Assembly (NCBI GenBank): GCA_964354485.1
Contig: CAYGZY010000139.1
Span: 1 to 35,467 of the forward strand
DNA from: an uncultured Chlorobiaceae bacterium
GTDB taxonomy: Bacteria > Bacteroidota > Ignavibacteria > UBA10030 > SZUA-254
Direction: 5' to 3'
Length of the DNA stretch: 35,467 nt
A model generated the notes under the pieces. That model saw only the letters and a list, made by a program, of their open reading frames with translations, did no database searches and was not told the DNA's origin. The translations under genes and the position numbers were made by a program. Below, one piece after another: positions 10,383 through 18,843 of the stretch (its first letter is position 1; the number at the start of each line of letters is the position of its first letter).

Positions 10383-11411
10383 ATGGTACAATCTCATAAA
10401 AATCCCAGGATACGGGAGCTCTCATTCCAGGCACTTCTTAACACCACAGTCAAAGATCTCGATCTGCGACCGGAGGGAACCCTGCGCGAGTGTCTGATAC
10501 AGCTGCGTCATGAGTTAAAAAACAGGCACATCGGTTTTTTTCCGCATTTTTACCTCGGTGAAGAACCATGGGGATGTATTGACCGCACCGGATCGATAGA
10601 AATTCCTTTCTACCTTGCCAACACACTTCTTCGGCGAATTGCCGAGAAGTATTACCTGTCGTACTCCAAAGACGAGATCATGATGATACTCCGGCACGAA
10701 ACGGGCCATGCGATTAACTACGCATACAAGCTCTGGATCCGGGAGGACTGGAAAAGAGTGTTCGGCAAAATAAAAAAACGTTATTATGAATTTTACCATT
10801 ATAATCCTCTCAGCAAAGACTACGTAAAATATCTGCACTATGTCGGTCATCCTCATTATGCACAGAAACATCCCGACGAAGATTTTTCTGAAACCTTTGC
10901 CGTATGGAATGACCCGACGTCGAAGTGGAAGTGGCACTACCGGAACTGGAAGGGTGCCCTGACGAAACTGCAGTACATCGATAGACTCTTCACCCGTGAA
11001 AAAATTGCCGACCGCCGCCCTCTCAGAGTCCGATACACCGAATCAGATACATACCGCAACATCGATATGACGGTGGCAGAGTATTTCGAAATCGAAAGGA
11101 AGGTCGACCCACGTGTAAAGGAATACACGGAAGATCTCCGTTCGATTTTTACCAAGGGAAAAGGAACGAGACGGAAAACCATCCGGGCTGATCTCTTCAT
11201 CCAACATTATGGTTTATACCTGGAAGAAGAGCTGGTCACATGGATTGCCAGAGCAGACCGCCGCGATATACGGCGATACCTCCGGGTCCTCCAAACTCTC
11301 TGCGCTCTTCACAACCTCCATCTCCATCCTGATCAGGCAACTGAAAAACTTGTTGAACTGGTCATCGTTGCAACTTACCACGTCCTTCAGCGGGTACGAA
11401 TCGTGCGCTGA
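10383..11411 (+). CDS. Putative zinc-binding metallopeptidase (zincin-like, Peptidase_Mx-type)
   Basis: LRHETGHAINYAY (HExxH) and downstream YAQKHPDEDFSETFAVW; no signal peptide. Confidence 0.75.
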   Translation: MVQSHKNPRIRELSFQALLNTTVKDLDLRPEGTLRECLIQLRHELKNRHIGFFPHFYLGEEPWGCIDRTGSIEIPFYLANTLLRRIAEKYYLSYSKDEIMMILRHETGHAINYAYKLWIREDWKRVFGKIKKRYYEFYHYNPLSKDYVKYLHYVGHPHYAQKHPDEDFSETFAVWNDPTSKWKWHYRNWKGALTKLQYIDRLFTREKIADRRPLRVRYTESDTYRNIDMTVAEYFEIERKVDPRVKEYTEDLRSIFTKGKGTRRKTIRADLFIQHYGLYLEEELVTWIARADRRDIRRYLRVLQTLCALHNLHLHPDQATEKLVELVIVATYHVLQRVRIVR

Positions 11412-11432
11412 CTCCAGTTTTCACCCCGTAAC

Positions 11433-11461
11433 TTGCTCTTTCCTCTGTTTTTCTGTAAAAT
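11433..11461 (+). promoter_or_regulatory. sigma70-type promoter immediately upstream of the GT4 start codon
   Basis: TTGCTC (11433-11438), 17-bp spacer, TAAAAT (11456-11461); ATG at 11468. Confidence 0.55.
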
Positions 11462-11467
11462 GGCACT

Positions 11468-12619
11468 ATGGTCAGTGTGCCGCTCAGAATTCTCCAAACC
11501 TGCTTCTCGCACTCATGGGGTGGTCTTGAAATTCACACGCTCCGGGCTGTCTCCAGACTCCATCAGCGCGGTCACGAAGTGTGGCTTGCCTGCCTCCCCG
11601 ACAGCCGTCTTACCCATGAAGCAGAGTACCTCGGCTTTAATACCCTTACCCTGAACGTGAAGGGTTACGTACACCCGCGACTGATCATGCGGATGTCAAA
11701 ATTCCTCAATGATCGTAAAATATCCGTCATCCACAGTCAGCTCTCCCGCGACATCGCTACGGTTGTCCCTGCGATGCTGCTCTCGGGGAAAAAAGCTCCC
11801 GTCATCCTCAGCAAGAGAATGGGCTCGTACATATCCAAACGCGATCTTTTCCACCGTTTTACGTACAAACATGTCAGCTGTGTTCTCGCAATTTCTGAGG
11901 TAATACGGAAGAATGTTATTGAAACAACACCGATGAAACCGGAGAACGTGATAACTCTGCACGAACCGGTCGATACACAACGATTCGATCCGGCCTGCAG
12001 TGATCGCCTCCGCACACGATCCGGTTGCAATTTTACCGACGATGATTTCGTTATCGGATTTGTCGGACGTTTTTCTCCCGGTAAAGGGCATGAAGATTTT
12101 CTGATTGCTCTCAAGCTCCTGAAAGAAAAATACCGCGCCATAAAAGCATGGATTGTCGGGGAGGCAAGCCACGGTGAAGAAGAGTATGAACGTAAAATTC
12201 ACAACCTTGCACAGAGCGCAGGGCTGGAGGATATCTTAAGATTCTCGGGATTCCGTAAGGACATCGCCGATGTCATGTACGCTTTCGATCTCTTTGCATT
12301 CCCATCCCATGCTGAAGCCTTCGGAGCTGCTCTGGTGGAAGCAATGGCAATGGAAAGGCCGGTTGTTTCTACAAACTGCGACGGTGTCGTCGATATTATA
12401 ATCAACGGAGTGACAGGTCTCTATGTCAATCCGCACAGTCCTCAGGAGCTGGCCGATGCCATCGGTCGGTTAATCGAAAATCCGGCACTCCGCAGGCAGA
12501 TGGGTATTGCCGGACGGAAGCGCGTCCTGACGCACTTCGACGAAAGGATCCATATAGAGAGAATTGAGACCCTCTATTATTCCCTCCTTAAGAATTTTGA
12601 TCAGCATCCGTCTAAATAA
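11468..12619 (+). CDS. Glycosyltransferase family 4 (GT-B fold)
   Basis: SWGGLE, FVGRFSPGKG and PSHAEAFGAALVEAMA (Ex7E). Confidence 0.93.
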   Translation: MVSVPLRILQTCFSHSWGGLEIHTLRAVSRLHQRGHEVWLACLPDSRLTHEAEYLGFNTLTLNVKGYVHPRLIMRMSKFLNDRKISVIHSQLSRDIATVVPAMLLSGKKAPVILSKRMGSYISKRDLFHRFTYKHVSCVLAISEVIRKNVIETTPMKPENVITLHEPVDTQRFDPACSDRLRTRSGCNFTDDDFVIGFVGRFSPGKGHEDFLIALKLLKEKYRAIKAWIVGEASHGEEEYERKIHNLAQSAGLEDILRFSGFRKDIADVMYAFDLFAFPSHAEAFGAALVEAMAMERPVVSTNCDGVVDIIINGVTGLYVNPHSPQELADAIGRLIENPALRRQMGIAGRKRVLTHFDERIHIERIETLYYSLLKNFDQHPSK

Positions 12620-12652
12620 GCTTTTTCCGCGATCCCCTCGTCTCTTCCCGAC

Positions 12653-15600
12653 CTAATAATATACCTTCACTGTGACCACAGCATTTTCCCCTGATGGAAC
12701 TTTCACGATATCCTGCTTTACAACCAGCAGACTGCCATCCTCCTCTAGCATATTTGATAAAACTGCTTTTTTGGGAACTGCCGGAAGTTTCAACGTCGCG
12801 GCGCTTTCCTTCCCGTCAGCATCATACCACTGGTAAATAACAGCATCGCTACCCTCTGCCTTTTTCACCGTTGTGAGTATCAGATTAGAAGGCGCAAGTC
12901 GGACGAATGAGTATTCGGACGGCAGACGTCCTTTGTGGCTTTTATCAAGAACCGTAATGAGAGGATTATTGTATTCATAACCCCGGCGGACCGTTCCGGC
13001 TTTCCGCCACTCTCCTGCGTGCGGGTATAATGAATATTCAATCCGGTGCTTTCCACGGTCGGCAGTCGGATCAGGCCACTTTGGTGATCGGAGAAGGGAA
13101 AGTCGAATTACGTTCCCTTTGATGTCGTATCCGTACTTGGCACGGTTAAGAAGACTCACGCCATATTCATTTTCCGACAGGTCAGCCCAGCGCAGCGCCG
13201 GAACTTCGATCTTTGCGCTGTCAACCCGATCTTTCCACTGCGTCGAACGTTGTATGGATCCATAGGGGATTTCATATGTCGCCACAGAAGCGTTCACCGC
13301 AACAGGGAATGCGACCTTGAGCATTGTCTTTTCTTCCCACCAATCAGCTTCTGTCGTAAAAAATATCTGATCGACACCATCGTACAGAGTAATACTTTGC
13401 GTGAAGAAGGAACTCGGGTAATTTTGCGTAGGCGCTTCCTTAACGACTCCGGGTTTCAGAAAATCGTGCATAATCCTTACAGTCGCACGCACGGGCCCGT
13501 CCTCGGCCACTTCAATCTTCCTGAGGGTAGACTGATATTGTACGCCTGTTAATCCAATATTCCACGCATCCCATGCGGCCGGCTTATCCTCAAGAATGCA
13601 AAGGACATTCCCTTGTCCTGAGAGAATCTCTTTTCCGTTTCGTTTATCAATAATACTCTTGATCCATCCTGTCGTTTGATCCAGCAGAATGGTAAAGAAT
13701 TCATTCTCAAGTTTCTCCGCCGTTACTTTTAGTTCTGGCGAAGGGGCCGACGGTTTCCTGTTTTTCAGCTGGTACACCTTATATCCCATAGGCGGCACGG
13801 CATCAGTTTTAAATATCAGGTCACGGTTATATTTATTACGTTGAACGACCTGCGAAGGGATTTCTCTTCCATTGAGATCAAATACTGAAAGCTCGCTCTT
13901 CTCGCCCGGCGGCAGTGTGAGAGTGGCAATATCGCTCCTCTCCCAGTTGAGAGCATTGAACAGGACCACAGGCGTCGCATCTTTTACGGCATCAGTTTTC
14001 ACCAGCTTGCACAGGCGATTAAGCGCGTTCGACAGTTCGAAACTGCCGATTGTCCCTGCCGCTTCATAACGTTCTGCGGCATCGATGTACACCTCGCGGA
14101 TGCTCGAGCCGGGGAGAATATCGTGGAATTGATTCACGAGTACATGTTTCCACGCCTCTTCAATGTCATCTTCACTATATTTACCGTCGTACTGGTAAGA
14201 GAATGTGGAAAATTTTTCAAGGTTCGTCAGGAGTGTCTCGCCCTTCCTGTTCCATTCCTTTACCTTTGCCTGGGTTGTGAATGTTCCCTGGTGGTATTCG
14301 AGGTAGAGTTCATCCTTCCACACGGGGAGCGCCGACAGATCCTGCGTTCGAAGCCAGTCGATGTACTGGGAGGTTGTACCATACTCGATTTTCGGATATA
14401 TATCCAGCGTCTTCAGGTGTTCAATACGTTCGAGCATTTCATCTGAGGGTCCGCCGCCGTGGTCGCCAACGCCGAAGAGTATCATCATATTCGTAAATCC
14501 AGTATTTGCATCATACTGTCGTAGCCAGTCAACAAGACGGTAAGGATCATCGACCGTGTTGACATAATCGAAGGGGAAGTAGCTGAGGATTTTCGAGCCG
14601 TCGGGCGCCTCCCACCAGAAACATCTATAGGGAAAGACATTGGTTTCATTCCAGCCGATTTTCTGCGTGACAAACGCATCGATGCCAGCCCGTGAGTAAA
14701 ACTGCGGCATATTCCAATTGTATCCGAACGAATCTGGATTCCATCCGATCTTGACGTCGATACCGAACTTTTCCCGAAAGTACTTCTTTGCATAGAGGAG
14801 TTGCCGCATCCACGATTCGCCGCTTATGAGATTGCAGTCGGGCTCAATCCACATGCCGCCGGTGATTTCCCACCGCCCCTCTTTCACACGGTCCTTGATC
14901 TTCGTTAAAATCTCCGGGTAGAGCTTCTCCATCCAGTCGTAATAGAGAGCCGAACTCTGTGTGTATGTGAAATCAGGTCGTGAATCCATCATGGCAAGAA
15001 CCGACGTGAATGTATTCTTGCATACTTCAACTGTCTCACGCTCTCGCCACAGCCACGCAGCATCTATGTGCGCATTTGCATTAAAGACTAGCGTATATCT
15101 CCTTACAAATTCGCGGACGGGCTGAAGACGTGTCCGCACTCCATCAATGGATTTCGTGAAACGGTCCAGCTGCCCTTCCTTCAGTGAATTGACGTCGACA
15201 TCCCGGGCAAGCGTTTGGAGAAGCGTATTGAGTCTGGATTTTTCATCTCTGTTTACTTTTGACTTATCGATACCCGGGTCGGTTTTCTGTCGTGCGTTTG
15301 TCTGATACGTATCAAAACTAAGGAGCTTTTGCGCAACCCTGAGACTCAGCGCAAAGTCCCGAACGGCAGAAATTGCTGTTCGCATCGCTTCCATTTCTAT
15401 CTCCGCTCGGATTAAACGGAGCGGGCCACCTGTGTTTATCGCTTTTATTGCGATGAGAAATTTCTGGCCCGGTTTCGCATCTTTCGTCAGAATAAATGCC
15501 CCGTCCCAAGGGAAGTAACCTTGACTCCGTCCGTCAATCCACATGTATCCGTAGTCATCAACCGAGACCAGAAGCCTGACTGTACCACTGACGTTCTGTC

Positions 15601-15883
15601 CCATAAATTTTTCCGGAAGGACGATCTCCTTCCTCAGCCAGCAGGAATCGAGGTAGATACGCTGATCAAGTTTAAGAACATCCCATCGCGAATCATCAAA
15701 ATCTGCCGTGGTGGGATCACCCTTTATCGCCGCAGTTTGTTTCAGGTCGGGACTTACTTTCCAGCCATCAAATGCAGCGGTACTGAGATGAACGAGTTCT
15801 GTCGTAAGCCGGTCGACATCCGTCTGAGCACAAACCGATGTCGCCGCAATCAGGAGGCACAAGAGCACAACGAGTGATTTCAT
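12653..15883 (-). CDS. Secreted alpha-mannosidase, glycoside hydrolase family 38, with an extra N-terminal beta-sandwich-like domain
   Basis: Signal peptide MKSLVVLLCLLIAATSVCA, AHIDAAWLW, WNPDSFGY (nucleophile Asp), GVGDHGGGP, ELYLEYHQGT, QFHDILPGS and LSLLRSP. AAAGG lies upstream of ATG 15883. Confidence 0.95.
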   Translation of the reverse strand: MKSLVVLLCLLIAATSVCAQTDVDRLTTELVHLSTAAFDGWKVSPDLKQTAAIKGDPTTADFDDSRWDVLKLDQRIYLDSCWLRKEIVLPEKFMGQNVSGTVRLLVSVDDYGYMWIDGRSQGYFPWDGAFILTKDAKPGQKFLIAIKAINTGGPLRLIRAEIEMEAMRTAISAVRDFALSLRVAQKLLSFDTYQTNARQKTDPGIDKSKVNRDEKSRLNTLLQTLARDVDVNSLKEGQLDRFTKSIDGVRTRLQPVREFVRRYTLVFNANAHIDAAWLWRERETVEVCKNTFTSVLAMMDSRPDFTYTQSSALYYDWMEKLYPEILTKIKDRVKEGRWEITGGMWIEPDCNLISGESWMRQLLYAKKYFREKFGIDVKIGWNPDSFGYNWNMPQFYSRAGIDAFVTQKIGWNETNVFPYRCFWWEAPDGSKILSYFPFDYVNTVDDPYRLVDWLRQYDANTGFTNMMILFGVGDHGGGPSDEMLERIEHLKTLDIYPKIEYGTTSQYIDWLRTQDLSALPVWKDELYLEYHQGTFTTQAKVKEWNRKGETLLTNLEKFSTFSYQYDGKYSEDDIEEAWKHVLVNQFHDILPGSSIREVYIDAAERYEAAGTIGSFELSNALNRLCKLVKTDAVKDATPVVLFNALNWERSDIATLTLPPGEKSELSVFDLNGREIPSQVVQRNKYNRDLIFKTDAVPPMGYKVYQLKNRKPSAPSPELKVTAEKLENEFFTILLDQTTGWIKSIIDKRNGKEILSGQGNVLCILEDKPAAWDAWNIGLTGVQYQSTLRKIEVAEDGPVRATVRIMHDFLKPGVVKEAPTQNYPSSFFTQSITLYDGVDQIFFTTEADWWEEKTMLKVAFPVAVNASVATYEIPYGSIQRSTQWKDRVDSAKIEVPALRWADLSENEYGVSLLNRAKYGYDIKGNVIRLSLLRSPKWPDPTADRGKHRIEYSLYPHAGEWRKAGTVRRGYEYNNPLITVLDKSHKGRLPSEYSFVRLAPSNLILTTVKKAEGSDAVIYQWYDADGKESAATLKLPAVPKKAVLSNMLEEDGSLLVVKQDIVKVPSGENAVVTVKVYY

Positions 15884-15908
15884 GGGGATACCTTTCGTAG
15901 TTGAGAAC

Positions 15909-15937
15909 AAAATACAATCTTAACAATAAACTTTCAA
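15909..15937 (-). promoter_or_regulatory. sigma70-type promoter for the GH38 gene
   Basis: TTGAAA (15937-15932), 17-bp spacer, TATTTT (15914-15909). Confidence 0.5.
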
Positions 15938-15992
15938 ATGAACCTCCTGTGAGGGGTACGGCGGCGGATCCCGCAGTATACGATATCGTTTC

Positions 15993-17984
15993 CTACGGAA
16001 CACCATTGAGCATTCTCCGGATCTCAGGTGAGGGGGTACCCGCAGGCTTTAACTTCAGATATTTAGCTTTATACGCGCGGGCAGAGGCCGTGTCGTTCGT
16101 TAGGGCAGCACAATCGGCAAGCCCGACGTACGCCTCCAAATACGATGAATCCAATGCGAGAGCACGGTGGAAATATTTCGATCCGTTGATGCAGTCATTG
16201 CCGGAATTTACAATCGCCGTCCCGAGTGAAAAGTTTACAAGAGGTGACATTGGCTGCAGGGCATATGCCCTTTGCAGGTACAGCAGAGATTTATCATGAT
16301 TTCCAACCGTTCCGTACGCCGATCCCAATTTTACGCATAGAGCCCAATCATGGGGAAGTAGCTCGAGCGCTCGACGGAGATAGTTTATCTCGCTCAAGCG
16401 GTCATTCAGCAGTGAATAGAGATGTGCGATGCTTCTGAAGATACGGGGATTTGTAGAATCAAGGTCACGGTAATGAAAAAGATACCTGAGCGCATTTTGA
16501 GGCTCATGGCGACCCCTGTAATATATCGAAAATTCTTCATAGGCAGAAAGCATGCCGCTCCTGGGCCACAAAGTTTCATCGGGCAGGACTTCAAATCTTG
16601 TTTTTGCCCACTCCTCCCGCGAATTTACAATAACAAGCGAAGAACTCTGAAGGAGTATGATGCCGCCCATCATCACTAAAAGTCGACAGCGCCCGGCATA
16701 ATCTACAATCGATCTTGTTACGTACCACACTGCTGTCACGATACATCCGGAGTAAAATACTGCAAGGATATCCCAGTCGCGGCTCATGCCGATTTCGCTC
16801 CGGAAAAACAAGACGAACAGTATCCCCGCTGTAACCAGGAGCGTGAGAAGTAAAAATCTGAAGCCGTCCGATCTCTCCTTGAAGCCGTCTCTCCGAAGAA
16901 GGAAAACACTCCCGACGGAAAATATACCCATCTGGATGAGGAAATTTATAATATTGATAATATGAGGAACGGAGAGAAATCCATAGCCCTGTGCCGGAAA
17001 AGCGGAGGATTTCATGAAGAGCACATGCTTGCCGCTTCCTGAAAATAATGCGATAAATTTTTGAAGCGGGTATTCCAGATACCATAAGATTAACACGGAA
17101 AGAGCGAGCACGACGAAAACCGCAAGCGGTATGTCTCTCCCTTTCGACATACGTGCATTGTGAAAAATCAGAATACCGATTATGGGTAGAAATACCAGCG
17201 ATCCAAAATGCAGACAGAAGAGAATACCGTATGCAGCGGCAGGCAGAATGAGGGGTGATGTGCCGTTAAGGTATCGCAGCGAGAAGGTAATAAAAATGAG
17301 AATGCCGCAGTAGACCGGCATGTAGATCTCAACATAACCGAAAAGGAGCGGTAAGGTCCCCGATGATACGATGCAACCGTACGACAGAATTCTCTCTGTA
17401 TGATCTTCCACAAGAGCACATGCCAGCTTCCACGCGAAGAATAGGCAGACCAGTGCAAAAGCAATCACCGTCATCTGAATCGGATACTCATCGGGTTTGC
17501 CGGGGAACGTTCCCGAAAAGAGCTTTGATATCGAAATCATCAAATAGCCGGCAAGCGGTTCATTTCGAAAAACAGATGCATCGGCGGTGTTCGGTTGTTG
17601 ACCGGTGATTATTCTTATGACCAAACTGCCGTCCCCAAGCAGAAAGAATTTCTCTCTTAACATCCACAAAATGAATACCGCGAACAGAAATAACGCAAAT
17701 AGAAATACACGTTTCGATGTTTTCGATTTGCTGCTGAAGTAGCCGGTGGCTTTTTGTATCCATCGCAGGATGAGCGACTGACACACCGGAAGAGTAAGAG
17801 CGGCCATGAAGAGTGCAACTGCAATTCTGATCGCGGCCGGGAGAAATGCAAGATGGTGAAAACCCCAGGTAGAAGGGAGCGGGAGGAATCCGCCGATCAG
17901 ATAAATAAGCGCCGTAAGGGCGCCAATAAAAGTAAAGAGGAGAGCGCCGGCCCTGTCTTGCCTATCTGTCCCGACAACATTCAT
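15993..17984 (-). CDS. Polytopic membrane protein with C-terminal TPR repeats; putative GT-C glycosyltransferase (paralog 2)
   Basis: About 12 hydrophobic segments. Motifs shared with 18844..20874: WGFH, FLLGDG, EPLAG, FGYVExY, LHFG and GMSRDWD. The C-terminal ~200 aa are TPR-like (LGSAYGTVGNHDKSLLYLQRAYALQP). Confidence 0.7.
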   Translation of the reverse strand: MNVVGTDRQDRAGALLFTFIGALTALIYLIGGFLPLPSTWGFHHLAFLPAAIRIAVALFMAALTLPVCQSLILRWIQKATGYFSSKSKTSKRVFLFALFLFAVFILWMLREKFFLLGDGSLVIRIITGQQPNTADASVFRNEPLAGYLMISISKLFSGTFPGKPDEYPIQMTVIAFALVCLFFAWKLACALVEDHTERILSYGCIVSSGTLPLLFGYVEIYMPVYCGILIFITFSLRYLNGTSPLILPAAAYGILFCLHFGSLVFLPIIGILIFHNARMSKGRDIPLAVFVVLALSVLILWYLEYPLQKFIALFSGSGKHVLFMKSSAFPAQGYGFLSVPHIINIINFLIQMGIFSVGSVFLLRRDGFKERSDGFRFLLLTLLVTAGILFVLFFRSEIGMSRDWDILAVFYSGCIVTAVWYVTRSIVDYAGRCRLLVMMGGIILLQSSSLVIVNSREEWAKTRFEVLPDETLWPRSGMLSAYEEFSIYYRGRHEPQNALRYLFHYRDLDSTNPRIFRSIAHLYSLLNDRLSEINYLRRALELLPHDWALCVKLGSAYGTVGNHDKSLLYLQRAYALQPMSPLVNFSLGTAIVNSGNDCINGSKYFHRALALDSSYLEAYVGLADCAALTNDTASARAYKAKYLKLKPAGTPSPEIRRMLNGVP

Positions 17985-17992
17985 AGGAATAT

Positions 17993-18589
17993 TCAGAAGA
18001 CAAAGAGGTGAAATCCCACTATGATGCGTAAGCCCCCAAAATCCCCGAACAGCTCTTTCTTTTCTGAACGGCGGTAATCATAGATTACATCGGTAAAAAT
18101 CGAAAGGTGATTCTCCACATCCAGGGGCTGCTCAATGCCGATTCCACCGTAGTAACCCAGTTTCTTTTCGGCCTCGACATGATGCCCTTCGGACAACGCG
18201 CTTGAATACTTTTCCCGAACGATGGAATAACTTAATCCTCCCGAGAGGCGGAGAAGAATATATGAGACGATTCGTTGTTTGTTTGTTATACCGATGTGTA
18301 TGAATTGTTCGTCCAGAGTAACGGTACTATCGATTGCAGGATCCACGAGAGCTTTAGACCTGAAACCAGACCATTCGCCGGTCGCAAAGAGAGATGACGC
18401 GATCGGGAGAGAGATTCCTCCTCCCCAGATGAGGTCGGATTTAGATTCCGAGATTTGCGTGAACCTGAGATTTGACGGAAAAAAGAGACCTCCGTAGGCA
18501 GTAAACACGAAAGGTGGTTCCTGAGCCCTGACGACCGTGCCGAGTATGACAGTAATGATGATGGAACAGAGTACACGATGTTTCTTCAT
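17993..18589 (-). CDS. Small outer-membrane beta-barrel protein
   Basis: Signal peptide (..TVVRA-Q), Gly/aromatic-rich alternating strands (WGGGISL, YYGGIGIE) and a C-terminal Phe (VGFHLFVF); 198 aa; GGGAG upstream. Confidence 0.75.
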   Translation of the reverse strand: MKKHRVLCSIIITVILGTVVRAQEPPFVFTAYGGLFFPSNLRFTQISESKSDLIWGGGISLPIASSLFATGEWSGFRSKALVDPAIDSTVTLDEQFIHIGITNKQRIVSYILLRLSGGLSYSIVREKYSSALSEGHHVEAEKKLGYYGGIGIEQPLDVENHLSIFTDVIYDYRRSEKKELFGDFGGLRIIVGFHLFVF

Positions 18590-18610
18590 AATATTCTCCC
18601 ACGATTGTGG

Positions 18611-18799
18611 TTATTTGATTCTCATCTGATCAATCAGTACAGCGAGCAGAATAACTACGCCGAGAACTACCATCTGAACATATGAGCCTACATTAAGGAG
18701 ATTCAATCTATTTCTCAGAACCCCGATTAGCATCGCACCGAGAAATGTTCCGATTATCGATCTTCTGCCACCGAAGAGGCTCGTACCTCCGACAACGAC
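18611..18799 (-). pseudogene. rbsC: 3' fragment of a ribose-type sugar ABC permease
   Basis: VVVGGTSLFGGRRSIIGTFLGAMLIGVLRNRLNLLNVGSYVQMVVLGVVILLAVLID is the canonical RbsC C-terminus. Normally conserved Gly residues are replaced by Arg (GGRR, LRNR). Similarity stops abruptly near 18800. Confidence 0.88.
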
Positions 18800-18843
18800 C
18801 AGACCGCAGAATTCCAGGAGTTGAACTACGCGATTACCATTTT

